From: an uncultured Bdellovibrionales bacterium
GTDB taxonomy: Bacteria > Patescibacteriota > Minisyncoccia > Moranbacterales > UBA2206
Length of the DNA stretch: 64,000 nucleotides
Assembly (NCBI GenBank): GCA_964387895.1
Contig: CAYLWX010000004.1
Span: forward strand, 5,303 to 69,302
Reading direction: 5' to 3'
The notes under the pieces are model-generated. The model ran no database searches, had not been told where the DNA came from, and saw only the letters and a list, made by a program, of their open reading frames with translations. The position numbers and the translations under genes are program-made. Positions 39,784 to 49,592 of this stretch are shown one piece after another. Every line of letters begins with the position of its first letter. Position 1 is the first letter of the stretch.

Positions 39784-42132
39784 TTATGATTTTAATAATT
39801 CCTGGATATATTTTTCCCGAATCTTCGGATGAATTTCCATCCCCGTATCTTCAATTAATTGCCGAATGAATATCTTCAACTCCACTAAAACCAGCTTTTC
39901 TCTGCTCCTGTCATTCATGTAACGCTGCCAGGTTTCCGTGCGTTCGACTTCTTTCATGAAAGTTGTTCTGAACTTTTCAAAATCTCTTCGAATAATGCCG
40001 TCCCACTCCCGAAGAGTATCCCGCGATTCTTTTTCTTCTTCTTTTGTGGGTTTTTTTTCTCTTCCGAGATTTTTTAAATACTCCCTATATTCAAGAATAA
40101 GTTCTCCCGCTTCCTTATTCTTTTCAAAAGCCGCGTTAATTATTTCAGCAGGAGTTTTAGATAAATATTCTTTTCGTTCCACTCCGGGCCTCGATTCTTC
40201 AAGGTCGGAAAGTATTTCCATTAAAAATATTCCCGACTCCACTCTAAGCAAATCAATTCTGTCTTCCAAATCCATATGTTTCTGCCACTCTTCGGTCTCG
40301 TTGCATTCTCTCAAAAATTGAACAATAAAAGTATTTATTTGTTCCCGCGCCTCGTCATCCATGTTTTCCGTCCTCATCTCTTTCTCCTCCGGATTATTTT
40401 CTGAATCCGGACGATTCTGAGAAATAAAATCATTTGCCTCGGATTCTTCCATATCTATAGCGGAAAGAAAGCTCCTCGCGTCATCTTCCGGAAGAGTATT
40501 ATCTTGAAGCGCACCGGCAATACGCGCTTTAGCTTGTTCCGAAGTTGCCGCGGTTTCTATGCTCATTAACGCATCCTGCTTTCTTCTGTATTCTTCGGCA
40601 GTAAGTCTTGACGTAAGCGCGTTGGCGTGCAAGACGGTTTCACAGGAAGCAACCCTGCTTTTTAATTGACTTAATTGCCTCCTCTCTCTTTGCGCCTCAG
40701 TTTCTGTTTTACCAATCCTCTCCGGATCTATTACTTTCCCTATTTCTTTTTCCGCCAGAACTTTTTCCGCCTCTTGCAAATGCACTCTCCAAAACTGAAG
40801 ACATACTTCCCTTGCTTCTCTGCTAAATTTCAGAGCTTCATCTGGATCCAGGCTTTGTAGCTCCATATACGCTCTGGAAACCCGTTCCGGCATATTCCAT
40901 TCATCACCATAGTTATCAAGATTAACTAATTCATTTTCAAGTTCCTCAATTTTTTTATGAAATTTATCTTGTGGTCCCGTGTCGTATAGTTTATCATAAA
41001 AAGCATGGATGCCATCGGCGGCTTCCAGTCCTTTGCGATAATATTCAATAACCGCGCGCGCGTTTTTACGCGCTTCTTCCAGCTTTTGTCTTAATCCTTC
41101 AGGCATTAAATTTAAGACGGCCATGGAATCTTCTTGCTCTCCTGGCTTGCTTTTTATTCCCCTAAAAAAATCCTCAAGTTCTGAAAGAAGCATGTCTCTT
41201 TCTCTCGCAATTTCTTCATTCGCGACAGCTATTTCTGAACGCAATTTTTCTTTTCCATCTAAAAACAAATTGGAATGATCGTATTCATCTAATTTTATAA
41301 TTTCCCTGTCTTCGCCCGAGATCCCCTCTTGCAATTCTCTAAGCGATTTAACTTCCTGAGCGCTTACATTTTCTATATCAAGTGAAGCAACATACTTTGT
41401 CTTATTTCTAAAAGTTCCTACTAAATTACTTTTTCTCTCGTTAACTTCCCGCGAAATCCTTATTTGGTCTCCAGCCGCGGTATTGGACTGCTCCTCTATT
41501 TCGCGTCTCCTTCTTCCTTTTTCTTTTCCCTTCAGTTTCGGAAATTTTGAACCTTTTTCCCTTAATTCCTCCCAATCCGGTAATTCGGTCCAATGTCCAT
41601 ATCTTTTTCCTTCTGGATCATGCGCTTCTTCACCTTCTTCTCCCTTATTCCTTTTCCTTTCCGAGTAATTTTTTATCATTTCTTCCCACTCATGAATAGG
41701 AAGTATTTTATAATTACCCCTTCTCTTGATAAATCTGCCCTTTCCCTTTCCTTCACCCAAAAAGCCTTTAAAGGGAAACTTTCTTTCTTCAAGCGCCCAG
41801 CTTATATCCGGATCACTTTTACTCGACTCCTCCCATAATGCGCGCAACTCTTTCCATCTCTCCTCGCTCTCGACAAGTTCGTATGTATCCTTGTCTCTTC
41901 GTTCAAATGGTTCCGTGGACGCGCCATGGTATATTTTCAGTTTGCCGAATTCATAGTACCTCGGGGAGCCGCCCCATGTATATATCCAATTTCCTTTTGA
42001 ATCGTAAACAATCCTGTTGAAATATTCCTCGTTATCTTTCTTGAATTTACTCCATTCAACTCCCTCCCAACAAATTTCTTTATCCTTTTCGGATTTTTTT
42101 TCAGTTGAATTTAGTTGCTGGCCTTCCGCCAT
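39784..42132 (-). CDS. large Glu/Lys/Arg-rich coiled-coil protein (782 aa) with duplicated C-terminal module
   Basis: Long ORF, highly charged, internal repeat near the C-terminus. Confidence 0.8.
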   Translation of the reverse strand: MAEGQQLNSTEKKSEKDKEICWEGVEWSKFKKDNEEYFNRIVYDSKGNWIYTWGGSPRYYEFGKLKIYHGASTEPFERRDKDTYELVESEERWKELRALWEESSKSDPDISWALEERKFPFKGFLGEGKGKGRFIKRRGNYKILPIHEWEEMIKNYSERKRNKGEEGEEAHDPEGKRYGHWTELPDWEELREKGSKFPKLKGKEKGRRRREIEEQSNTAAGDQIRISREVNERKSNLVGTFRNKTKYVASLDIENVSAQEVKSLRELQEGISGEDREIIKLDEYDHSNLFLDGKEKLRSEIAVANEEIARERDMLLSELEDFFRGIKSKPGEQEDSMAVLNLMPEGLRQKLEEARKNARAVIEYYRKGLEAADGIHAFYDKLYDTGPQDKFHKKIEELENELVNLDNYGDEWNMPERVSRAYMELQSLDPDEALKFSREAREVCLQFWRVHLQEAEKVLAEKEIGKVIDPERIGKTETEAQRERRQLSQLKSRVASCETVLHANALTSRLTAEEYRRKQDALMSIETAATSEQAKARIAGALQDNTLPEDDARSFLSAIDMEESEANDFISQNRPDSENNPEEKEMRTENMDDEAREQINTFIVQFLRECNETEEWQKHMDLEDRIDLLRVESGIFLMEILSDLEESRPGVERKEYLSKTPAEIINAAFEKNKEAGELILEYREYLKNLGREKKPTKEEEKESRDTLREWDGIIRRDFEKFRTTFMKEVERTETWQRYMNDRSREKLVLVELKIFIRQLIEDTGMEIHPKIREKYIQELLKS

Positions 42133-42233
42133 AAAACATACTCCCGTGAGAAGAACATATTTTCTACATGAAAAAACACGAGATCATAAATATAATGTGG
42201 TTAAAGTATACAATAAATAGAAGCCGGTGTAAC

Positions 42234-42242
42234 TGTGGATAA
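42234..42242 (-). promoter_or_regulatory. consensus DnaA box
   Basis: TGTGGATAA (= TTATCCACA) in a divergent promoter region. Confidence 0.45.
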
Positions 42243-42304
42243 CTATATTCTGTGATATAATAAAAATAAATTATGACCAAATAATTTCATGAAACAAAAA
42301 TAAA

Positions 42305-43921
42305 ATGGAAATCATACCAACCCTGTCCGCGTATAACGCCGAACAAAGTACCGCGTCTTCTGACAACAGAAAAAATTATACCTGGATCCTTCTTATTCTT
42401 ATCATTGCGCTGGGATTTTTTCTTAGAATCTATAATATCGACCACACTCCTCCCGGCGTATACCCGGATGAAGCCGTCAATGGAGTTGACGCCGTGACTG
42501 CCAATGATACTGGAAATTATGAATGGTTTTATCCTGCCAATCAGGGACGCGAGGCGCTCTTTATCAACTTAATCGCGTTTCTTTTCAAGGCGTTCGGGAT
42601 CAGCGTGCTCATGCTGAAACTGCCTGCCATTATCTTTGGAACCCTGACCATTCTGGGAACTTTTTTGCTGGCCAAAGAACTCTACAATTCCAGAGTAGGG
42701 CTTATCAGTTCTTTTTTGGTAGCTGTTTCTTTTTGGCCCATAAACTTCAACCGCATATCTTTCCGCGCCAATATGCTCCCCTTTGTGCTGGTCTTTACTT
42801 TTTACTTTCTTTTCAGAGGCCTGCGCGAAAAAAAGATTGTCTATTATGCCATAGGCGGATTTATATTCGGATTAGGACTTCACACTTACATTGCGTTCCG
42901 TATCGCGCCTCTTATTCTAATCGCTCTCCTTGTTTCTCTTATTCTTTCCAGAGAACATTTTCTCAAAAACCATTGGAAACCTATGGCAGTATTCATAGCA
43001 TCTTCTTTTATCGCGGCTGCTCCCATGTTTTATACCTTTCTTTATGCCCATCCTGAATATCTTGAATCAAGATCTTCTTCCATATCCATTCTTTCTCCGG
43101 CAATAAATCAAGGGCATCTCCTACAAACATTTCTGCGGAGTTTCAGCCTAAGCCTCGTGAAATATAATTTCTGGGGAGATCAAAACTGGCGCCATAACTA
43201 TCCTCCATATCCTATTCTCGACACTCTCACCGGCATCGCGTTTCTTTTTGGATTTATCTGCTGTCTGGTACATTTTATTCGTACGCTGACAGAAAGACTA
43301 TTTAAGAAAATTCGAAATCCCGGAATGGACGTTTCCTTATTTCTTCTTACGTGGTTTTTTGTTATGCTTGTTCCTGAATTCATGACCGCCGAAGGATTAC
43401 CCCACGCGCTTCGGGCTATCGGTACTTTTCCGGTAGTATTTATTTTTTCCGGTGTTACTTTTGATTATTTTTGGAAAAAATCAGAAGGTCAGAGTTTTCT
43501 ATTCGGGAAAATCATCAGCTCCATTATCATTCTCATGCTCATTTCCATAGGAATATTCAACAGCGTTAAATATCATTATTTCTGGGCCGGAAAAATTGAA
43601 ACCGCGCGTTCGTTCGAAAAAACAATGATGGATGTCTCCCGCTACATTACTAATCTACCGTCCGACAAGGAAGTATTCCTCCTGGCCGGAAACATGCAAA
43701 GAGTTCCTGTAAGGCTTTTCACCTGGACCCGGCCCGGATTTCAGGATCTCCATCCCGCGGAATTATACAAGGTAGTTCCTAAAAATCCCAATAATTTTAC
43801 AGTGGTATTCACGGACATGGAGAAAGAAAATATTATCCTGAACCTGCAAGCCAAATTTCCCCAGCTCGAGCTAAAAGAATTTCAGGATGAGTTGGGACTA
43901 AAGTTTTATGTTTTGCAGTAA
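42305..43921 (+). CDS. ArnT/PMT-like GT-C glycosyltransferase
   Basis: LRIYNI...PGVYPDEA, multi-TM, NWRHN, PHALR. Confidence 0.85.
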   Translation: MEIIPTLSAYNAEQSTASSDNRKNYTWILLILIIALGFFLRIYNIDHTPPGVYPDEAVNGVDAVTANDTGNYEWFYPANQGREALFINLIAFLFKAFGISVLMLKLPAIIFGTLTILGTFLLAKELYNSRVGLISSFLVAVSFWPINFNRISFRANMLPFVLVFTFYFLFRGLREKKIVYYAIGGFIFGLGLHTYIAFRIAPLILIALLVSLILSREHFLKNHWKPMAVFIASSFIAAAPMFYTFLYAHPEYLESRSSSISILSPAINQGHLLQTFLRSFSLSLVKYNFWGDQNWRHNYPPYPILDTLTGIAFLFGFICCLVHFIRTLTERLFKKIRNPGMDVSLFLLTWFFVMLVPEFMTAEGLPHALRAIGTFPVVFIFSGVTFDYFWKKSEGQSFLFGKIISSIIILMLISIGIFNSVKYHYFWAGKIETARSFEKTMMDVSRYITNLPSDKEVFLLAGNMQRVPVRLFTWTRPGFQDLHPAELYKVVPKNPNNFTVVFTDMEKENIILNLQAKFPQLELKEFQDELGLKFYVLQ

Positions 43922-43933
43922 AAAATGATTAAT

Positions 43934-44082
43934 CCCCTTCTCCCCATAAATGGGGAGAAGGTGGCCGTAGGCCGGATGAGGGGTCGATACAAAGCAAGGA
44001 AGGCTATACAACTAAACTTATCTCGCTATCTACGACCCCTCACCCTACCCTCTCCCCATCCGCGGCGGATGGGGAGAGGGGG
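43934..44082. repeat. family B palindromic (CIR-like) element, copy 1
   Basis: CCCCTTCTCCCCATAAATGGGGAGAAGGTGGCCGTAGGCCGGATGAGGGGTCG...CGACCCCTCACCCTACCCTCTCCCC..GGGGAGAGGG; near-identical to 49432-49580. Confidence 0.9.
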
Positions 44083-44114
44083 AAAAGTAAATATTTAGTA
44101 ATTCAAAGTAATTT

Positions 44115-46055
44115 ATGAACTTAAAACCATTCCTGGAAAAAAATTATAAGATACTGGTTGGCATTATCCTGCTTTATATGGGGGTAGTCTCTCTCCTGAA
44201 CGCAAAAAACGACAGTGCTATCTTTGATGAAACTGCTCATATACCCGCCGCTTACAGTTACGTAAGCCAGCAGGATATGCGACTAAACCCGGAACATCCT
44301 CCCCTTATCAAAGACCTGTCCGCGTTGCCGCTTTTGTTTATGCGGCTTAATTTTGATACTACCCAAAGTTTTTGGACTAAAGACATAAATGGACAATGGG
44401 ACGCGGGAAGAATCTTTATGTTCAAATCCGGCAACGACGCGGACAAGATAATTTTCTGGTCGCGCGTTCCCATCGTTATCCTCTCTCTTTTGTTTGGTCT
44501 TTTTATCTTTAAATGGGCAAAAGAGCTGGCAGGACTAGTCGCGGGCCTTATCGCGTTAACGCTTTACGCGTTTGATCCCAATATTCTGGGCCACAACCAT
44601 TTTGTTACCACCGATCTGGGAATCGCCGGATTTATCATGACCGCGTTTTATTATTTCCTGAAATTCATAAAAGAACCGACTTGGAAAAATGTGTGGCGGG
44701 CGGGATTTTTCATGGGATTAGTACAACTCGCCAAATTCTCCTCCGTACTTATGTTTCCAGTTATCGGTTTTGTTTTAGTGGTATATCCTCTGGTAAAAAT
44801 AAACCGAAAAAAAGTTGATCCCCATTGGATATTCAAAACAAAAAAACTGGCGGAATATATCGCTAAAGGAGCACTCATGTTTGCCTTTTCCATGGTAGTA
44901 GTCTGGGGGGTGTACTATATCAATACCTTTAACATGCCGCGGGAAAAGCTGGCGGAGACTATAAACTATTATTTCAATCCTTCTGACACTTCTAACATAA
45001 AAAATATATATACCAACAAAGCGCTTCTCGCGCTTAATGAGAAAGAAGCGCTTCGTCCTCTTTCGGAATATTTTCTGGGAGTCGCCATGGTATTCAAGCG
45101 CGTAGCCGGAGGAAATGGCGCCTACTTCATGGGACAAGTTTCCAGCAAGGCGTTTCCGGCTTACTTTCCAGTAGTGTTCCTAATTAAAGAATCCCTGCCT
45201 ATTTTGTTTTTCATGCTGTTCGCCTTCGCGTTTGCCCTCACGAAAGCAGGCCGGACTATTATAATTTCCGCGCGTACTTCTTTCAAAAAAACTTTCCACG
45301 CCCTCACCCACTATCTACGCGCCAGCGTTACGGAAGTAACCCTTTCCGCTTTTATTGTTCTTTACGCGTATATCAGCATTACAGGGAACTTAAATATAGG
45401 ATTCCGACATCTTTTCCCTGTGTTGCCGCTTGCGTATATTCTCACCGCAAAAAATATAAGTGAATTTCTCAAAAAAAGAAAAGATAAGCAATTTAAAATT
45501 GTATTTTCCACAATTACCTGCATCTTCATTGCCTATTTGATAATCGAGTCTTTCATTGTGTATCCTGCCTACATGTCATATTTCAACTCTCTTGCTGGCG
45601 GACCAACGAAAGGATACCGTTACGTAACCGATTCAAACGCGGATTGGGGACAAGACCTGAAACGCCTGCGCGCCTGGGTTGCTCAATACAACTCATGCAA
45701 GAAAACCAGATGCGATGTCACACTTGGAGCGGGATGTCCTTCTTACTGCAGAGCAACGCCTTCCACTCTCCACACTACCCCGCCTATCGATCGAATTCGC
45801 ATTGATTATTTTGGCGGCGCGGAGATAGGATATTATTTTGATGATGTATACCAAAAATGGTGGGACAGTAAAAGACCCATAGAAGCAGGATGGTACGCGA
45901 TCTCCACCAACTTCCTCCAGGGAAGCCTGTATGACAAAACCAAAAAAGACGGGGACAGCTACCGATGGATACTCAATTTCAAACCGGTACATCAAGTGGG
46001 AACTTCGATATTAATTTATTATATTTCTGAAGAAGATTTGAAGAAGATTCAATAA
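44115..46055 (+). CDS. ArnT/PMT-like GT-C glycosyltransferase
   Basis: FDETAH, NPEHPPLIK, TTDLG, KFS, LNIGFRH, DSNADWGQDL. Confidence 0.85.
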   Translation: MNLKPFLEKNYKILVGIILLYMGVVSLLNAKNDSAIFDETAHIPAAYSYVSQQDMRLNPEHPPLIKDLSALPLLFMRLNFDTTQSFWTKDINGQWDAGRIFMFKSGNDADKIIFWSRVPIVILSLLFGLFIFKWAKELAGLVAGLIALTLYAFDPNILGHNHFVTTDLGIAGFIMTAFYYFLKFIKEPTWKNVWRAGFFMGLVQLAKFSSVLMFPVIGFVLVVYPLVKINRKKVDPHWIFKTKKLAEYIAKGALMFAFSMVVVWGVYYINTFNMPREKLAETINYYFNPSDTSNIKNIYTNKALLALNEKEALRPLSEYFLGVAMVFKRVAGGNGAYFMGQVSSKAFPAYFPVVFLIKESLPILFFMLFAFAFALTKAGRTIIISARTSFKKTFHALTHYLRASVTEVTLSAFIVLYAYISITGNLNIGFRHLFPVLPLAYILTAKNISEFLKKRKDKQFKIVFSTITCIFIAYLIIESFIVYPAYMSYFNSLAGGPTKGYRYVTDSNADWGQDLKRLRAWVAQYNSCKKTRCDVTLGAGCPSYCRATPSTLHTTPPIDRIRIDYFGGAEIGYYFDDVYQKWWDSKRPIEAGWYAISTNFLQGSLYDKTKKDGDSYRWILNFKPVHQVGTSILIYYISEEDLKKIQ

Positions 46056-46083
46056 ATTTCCCCCTCACCCTACCAGACTCTTG

Positions 46084-47067
46084 CTAATCTTTCTTATCTT
46101 TTTTCTTACTCTCCTTATCCTTCTCTTTAGCCGGTTCCGGTTGCGGAGTTTCAATTGCTTCCTGCTGTTCTTCCTGTGCAGTATCTGAAGTGGTGTACTT
46201 GAAATATACCTTGTTATCTGTTCGGAGATCAATATACTCCAGCTCTCTTCTCCTTTCATTCTCTACCGATTTTTTAAGCACCACCCGCAACATGTCTATT
46301 TCTTTCTGCAAAGAAATATTCCTGTCAAAATACAACGCCCAGCCTTCTTTTGTTTTCACGCGGATGTCTCCGGAGGCAAGATGGGGAGTAAAAAGATTTC
46401 TTTCCGCCTCAATATTAAGATCGCGTGATAGCTTTTCTTCTATATTCGCAAGATACTGAATATACTCCGAATCGAGCACGGAATCACCTGTCTCAAAATG
46501 TCTTCCTGATCCGCTTTGAAGTATAGGAAGCTCGCTTTTATTTATTTCAAAAGATCCCACCTCTACTTTCGAATAAGCGACACCGTTTTGGTCAATAGTG
46601 TAGCACCATTCTCCATCGCAAAGAAAAAGACTCAACTCTCTTTCTCTTACCTGCACCAAAAGACGATTAGGGAACTGCTTCCTTACCTGCGCACGCTCTA
46701 TGTCTTTAAATTCACGCGTCAATATGTTCTCTATCGCGTGAGGATAGATAAACAGAATATTATTTTTTCTTATTACGCGCATGTACTTTCCCTCAAAATT
46801 TCGTGCTATCATTTCCCGCACTTCAGAAGGACTTATTTTTTCCAGTCCTTTTATTTCTATCGCGGACACTCTTAGCAGGGGAGAAAAAAACAACACGTAC
46901 ACTACCACTCCAAAAAACAAGCATACCGCCGCTGGATATAATACCTTTTGAGAGGTCATTTTCGCCTTCACTTTTCTTGTGAAAGCGATATCCTGGTCTT
47001 TTTCCCTTTTCACGCGCTTAGCAACACGCCTCGGAGGAATATGCTTGTTTTTACGCCTAAAAATCAT
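46084..47067 (-). CDS. ftsQ: FtsQ/DivIB-like POTRA-domain protein
   Basis: Basic N-tail, single TM, POTRA (IEIKG...FPNRLLVQVRER), C-terminal EYIDLR. Confidence 0.75.
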   Translation of the reverse strand: MIFRRKNKHIPPRRVAKRVKREKDQDIAFTRKVKAKMTSQKVLYPAAVCLFFGVVVYVLFFSPLLRVSAIEIKGLEKISPSEVREMIARNFEGKYMRVIRKNNILFIYPHAIENILTREFKDIERAQVRKQFPNRLLVQVRERELSLFLCDGEWCYTIDQNGVAYSKVEVGSFEINKSELPILQSGSGRHFETGDSVLDSEYIQYLANIEEKLSRDLNIEAERNLFTPHLASGDIRVKTKEGWALYFDRNISLQKEIDMLRVVLKKSVENERRRELEYIDLRTDNKVYFKYTTSDTAQEEQQEAIETPQPEPAKEKDKESKKKDKKD

Positions 47068-47073
47068 AGTATG

Positions 47074-47991
47074 CTAGAAATGTAAAAATAAATTTTCCAA
47101 AACCAGACGCATATTTGCATTAGTCCCCTTTATATCCTCCAGGCTCTTTATAATATGCCCCATTAGATAAAACGCTTTATGGGAAGACAAGTTAAACGAT
47201 CGGCTCCTTCCTTGTATAATCTCCCTGAAAATTATCGCCCAGTAATTAAGTGTCTTCATGGTGATGCTTTCATCTTTTGACAACTCTTCAGCGAAAAATA
47301 ACTTTTCTACCACATTATTAAGTAACATTTCTTCAAGCTTTCGCCTGGCTTCTCTCCGCAGATTTAATTCCGCGGAATTATTAACCAAAGTAATCGCTAG
47401 TCCCGGCCTTCGCAAAGACCAAAACGCGACTTCTCCCGCCAATTCTTTATTTTTACTCACACGCTCGATGCATTGATCCAGTTCTTCCGGGGAAACCGTA
47501 CCAAATCTGCAAACCTGGCAACGAGAGACAACGGTTGGAAGAAGCATCCACTCGTCCTGTGCCACCAGTATCATTACTGTCCCCTTGGGCATTTCTTCCA
47601 GCGTTTTAAGCAGCGCGTTCTGCGCGGTTTTATTCAGCCAGTCCGCGTCATTCACAATCGCCACTTTATAACTACCCCGAGCAGACAAAATAAGCCAATG
47701 CTGGAGATCCTTTACTGCTTCTACTTTTATCTCCTTCTTTTTTACCACTCCGTTTTTTTCCTCCACTTCCGGAGCAACCACTCGAATATCTGCATGAAGC
47801 ATCTCCTGAGAAACGTCCATACTATTCTCCCACTCCGCGCGATTCTCCACTAGATTTCTGGCAAAACTAAGCGCGACCGCGAACTTACCCACGCCTTCCG
47901 GACCAGAAAAAAGATAGGCATGGGAAACACTATGCCGAGAGATAGATCTTTCCAGACGATGAAGTATTTTTTTGTGACCGATAATGTCCAT
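47074..47991 (-). CDS. holB: DNA polymerase III delta' subunit
   Basis: IIGH, HAYLFSGPEGVGK, AQNALLKTLEE, LLPTVVSRC. Confidence 0.9.
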   Translation of the reverse strand: MDIIGHKKILHRLERSISRHSVSHAYLFSGPEGVGKFAVALSFARNLVENRAEWENSMDVSQEMLHADIRVVAPEVEEKNGVVKKKEIKVEAVKDLQHWLILSARGSYKVAIVNDADWLNKTAQNALLKTLEEMPKGTVMILVAQDEWMLLPTVVSRCQVCRFGTVSPEELDQCIERVSKNKELAGEVAFWSLRRPGLAITLVNNSAELNLRREARRKLEEMLLNNVVEKLFFAEELSKDESITMKTLNYWAIIFREIIQGRSRSFNLSSHKAFYLMGHIIKSLEDIKGTNANMRLVLENLFLHF

Positions 47992-47994
47992 AGT

Positions 47995-48271
47995 AATGGA
48001 AAAAGTAAATATTAAAAATCAAGCGGGACAATGTGAAATTCAAAATGATTTTACTATGTCATTCCCGCGTAGGCGGGAATCCAGAATTTAAATCAATAAG
48101 TGAATTAAATAATGAATTTAACTTTGATTCTTTTTGTTTTATAGCTGGATTATTATAGGATAAGTTTACAGCATTCTCCTGGATTCCCGCCTACGCGGGA
48201 ATGACATAGTGAGAAAACCAGTTTTACATTTTTATTTGTCATTTTTCATTTTGATATTTACATTTTTCATT
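47995..48271. repeat. family C AT-rich hairpin arms enclosing family A copy 3
   Basis: AATGGAAAAAGTAAATATTAAAA (from ~47995) matches the reverse complement of the ~48249-48271 arm at 20/23 positions. Confidence 0.6.
48053..48210. repeat. family A REP-doublet element, copy 3 (spacer inverted relative to copies 1-2)
   Basis: Perfect IR ACTATGTCATTCCCGCGTAGGCGGGAATCCAG / CTGGATTCCCGCCTACGCGGGAATGACATAGT. Confidence 0.92.
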
Positions 48272-49396
48272 CTCTATCACTTCTTCAATAAACCCACCGA
48301 ACTCTCTCATAAACCTTTCTTTACTAAACTCCTTAGCCTTACTCCTAATATATTCTCCATCATATCTTTCCTTATTTTCCGTAAATCTCCTCACGCCGTC
48401 AGCAATAACCTCAGGGGTTGCCGCGTCAAAAAATTCTCCTGTCTTTCCTTCAACTATAATTTCCCTCACGCCCCCTTTTCTAATGGCCAGCACGGGAATC
48501 CCGTATGACATAGCCTCCACCGCGACTATCCCAAAATCATCCGCAGAAGGAAAAAGACACGCCCTCGCATTCTTGTAATACTCTTTTAGTGTCTTTTCAT
48601 CTTTCCATCCGGCTATCGTGACATGTTTGGAAGCAATAGAACGCAGATATTTTTCCTGCGCTCCCTCCCCTACCACCACCAGGGGCAGCTCCAGTTTATT
48701 GAATGCTTCTATGACTGCTTCAGCATTTTTATAAGGCGAGAGGCGTGAAACCATAAGGAAATATCCCTGTTTATTCTCTAACTCCCGGGATTTTATTTCT
48801 CCTCCCTGCTCTTCTATACACGCAGGAGGATAAATCACCGCACTCTCTCTTCTGTAATATTTTCTTATTCTTTCCTGGGTATAACGGGAATTCGCGATTA
48901 TATAGTCCGGCCTGTCCGCGGCTACTTTGTCCCACATGCGGAGATAGTTAAGATATACGCGGGCAAAAAAAGAAATCGCCCGAGTGCCCTTTTGAGCGTC
49001 GATATATTCATCGCTTGAGTCCCACGCAAAACGCATAGGGCTATGCATGTAGCATATATGTTTCACGTTAAGCCGTGTTACCAACCCTTTGCACCACGCT
49101 CCTGAACTGCTTATTACCACATCAAAATCACGCAAATTAAATGTTTCAGGAGCCGTCGGTATAAACGGCAGCAGGTAGCGCGACCTTCTCCTCAGGAATC
49201 CGGGAAACTTTTGCAGAAAGGAAGTATGGATTTCCCTGTCTTCAAACTTTCCCCTCATCCTGTTTTTATCATACATCAGCGTATACACCGGCGCCTCCGG
49301 AAACATTTCTAAAATTGTTTCCAGCACTTTTTCCGCTCCTCCGTATTGCGTCAAAAAATCATGAACTATCGCAACTTTTAAATGAGAAAGATTCAT
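48239..49396 (-). CDS. GT4 glycosyltransferase (WbaZ-like)
   Basis: VHDFLTQYGGAEKV, HSPMRFAWD, SRLSPYK, DDFGIVAVEAM. Confidence 0.92.
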   Translation of the reverse strand: MNLSHLKVAIVHDFLTQYGGAEKVLETILEMFPEAPVYTLMYDKNRMRGKFEDREIHTSFLQKFPGFLRRRSRYLLPFIPTAPETFNLRDFDVVISSSGAWCKGLVTRLNVKHICYMHSPMRFAWDSSDEYIDAQKGTRAISFFARVYLNYLRMWDKVAADRPDYIIANSRYTQERIRKYYRRESAVIYPPACIEEQGGEIKSRELENKQGYFLMVSRLSPYKNAEAVIEAFNKLELPLVVVGEGAQEKYLRSIASKHVTIAGWKDEKTLKEYYKNARACLFPSADDFGIVAVEAMSYGIPVLAIRKGGVREIIVEGKTGEFFDAATPEVIADGVRRFTENKERYDGEYIRSKAKEFSKERFMREFGGFIEEVIENEKCKYQNEK

Positions 49397-49431
49397 AATA
49401 TGAGCAAAATTAGTTTTAACATAGAGTATTT

Positions 49432-49580
49432 CCCCTTCTCACCATAAATGGGGAGAAGGTGGCCGTAGGCCGGATGAGGGGTCGATACAAAGCAGGGAAG
49501 GCCGTACAACCAAACTTATCTCGCTATCTACGACCCCTCACCCTACCCTCTCCCCGCTCGCCGCGAGCGAGGAGAGGAGG
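49432..49580. repeat. family B palindromic (CIR-like) element, copy 2
   Basis: Same architecture and spacer as 43934-44082. Confidence 0.9.
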
Positions 49581-49592
49581 AAAAAACTAATT

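Noticed and set aside
42133-42304. Replication origin
   Set aside because: Only one clear DnaA box; no dnaA/dnaN nearby.
42523-43056. 177-aa alternative-frame ORF and the many other 60-146 aa overlapping ORFs in the track
   Set aside because: They lie within well-supported genes and have no recognisable motifs.
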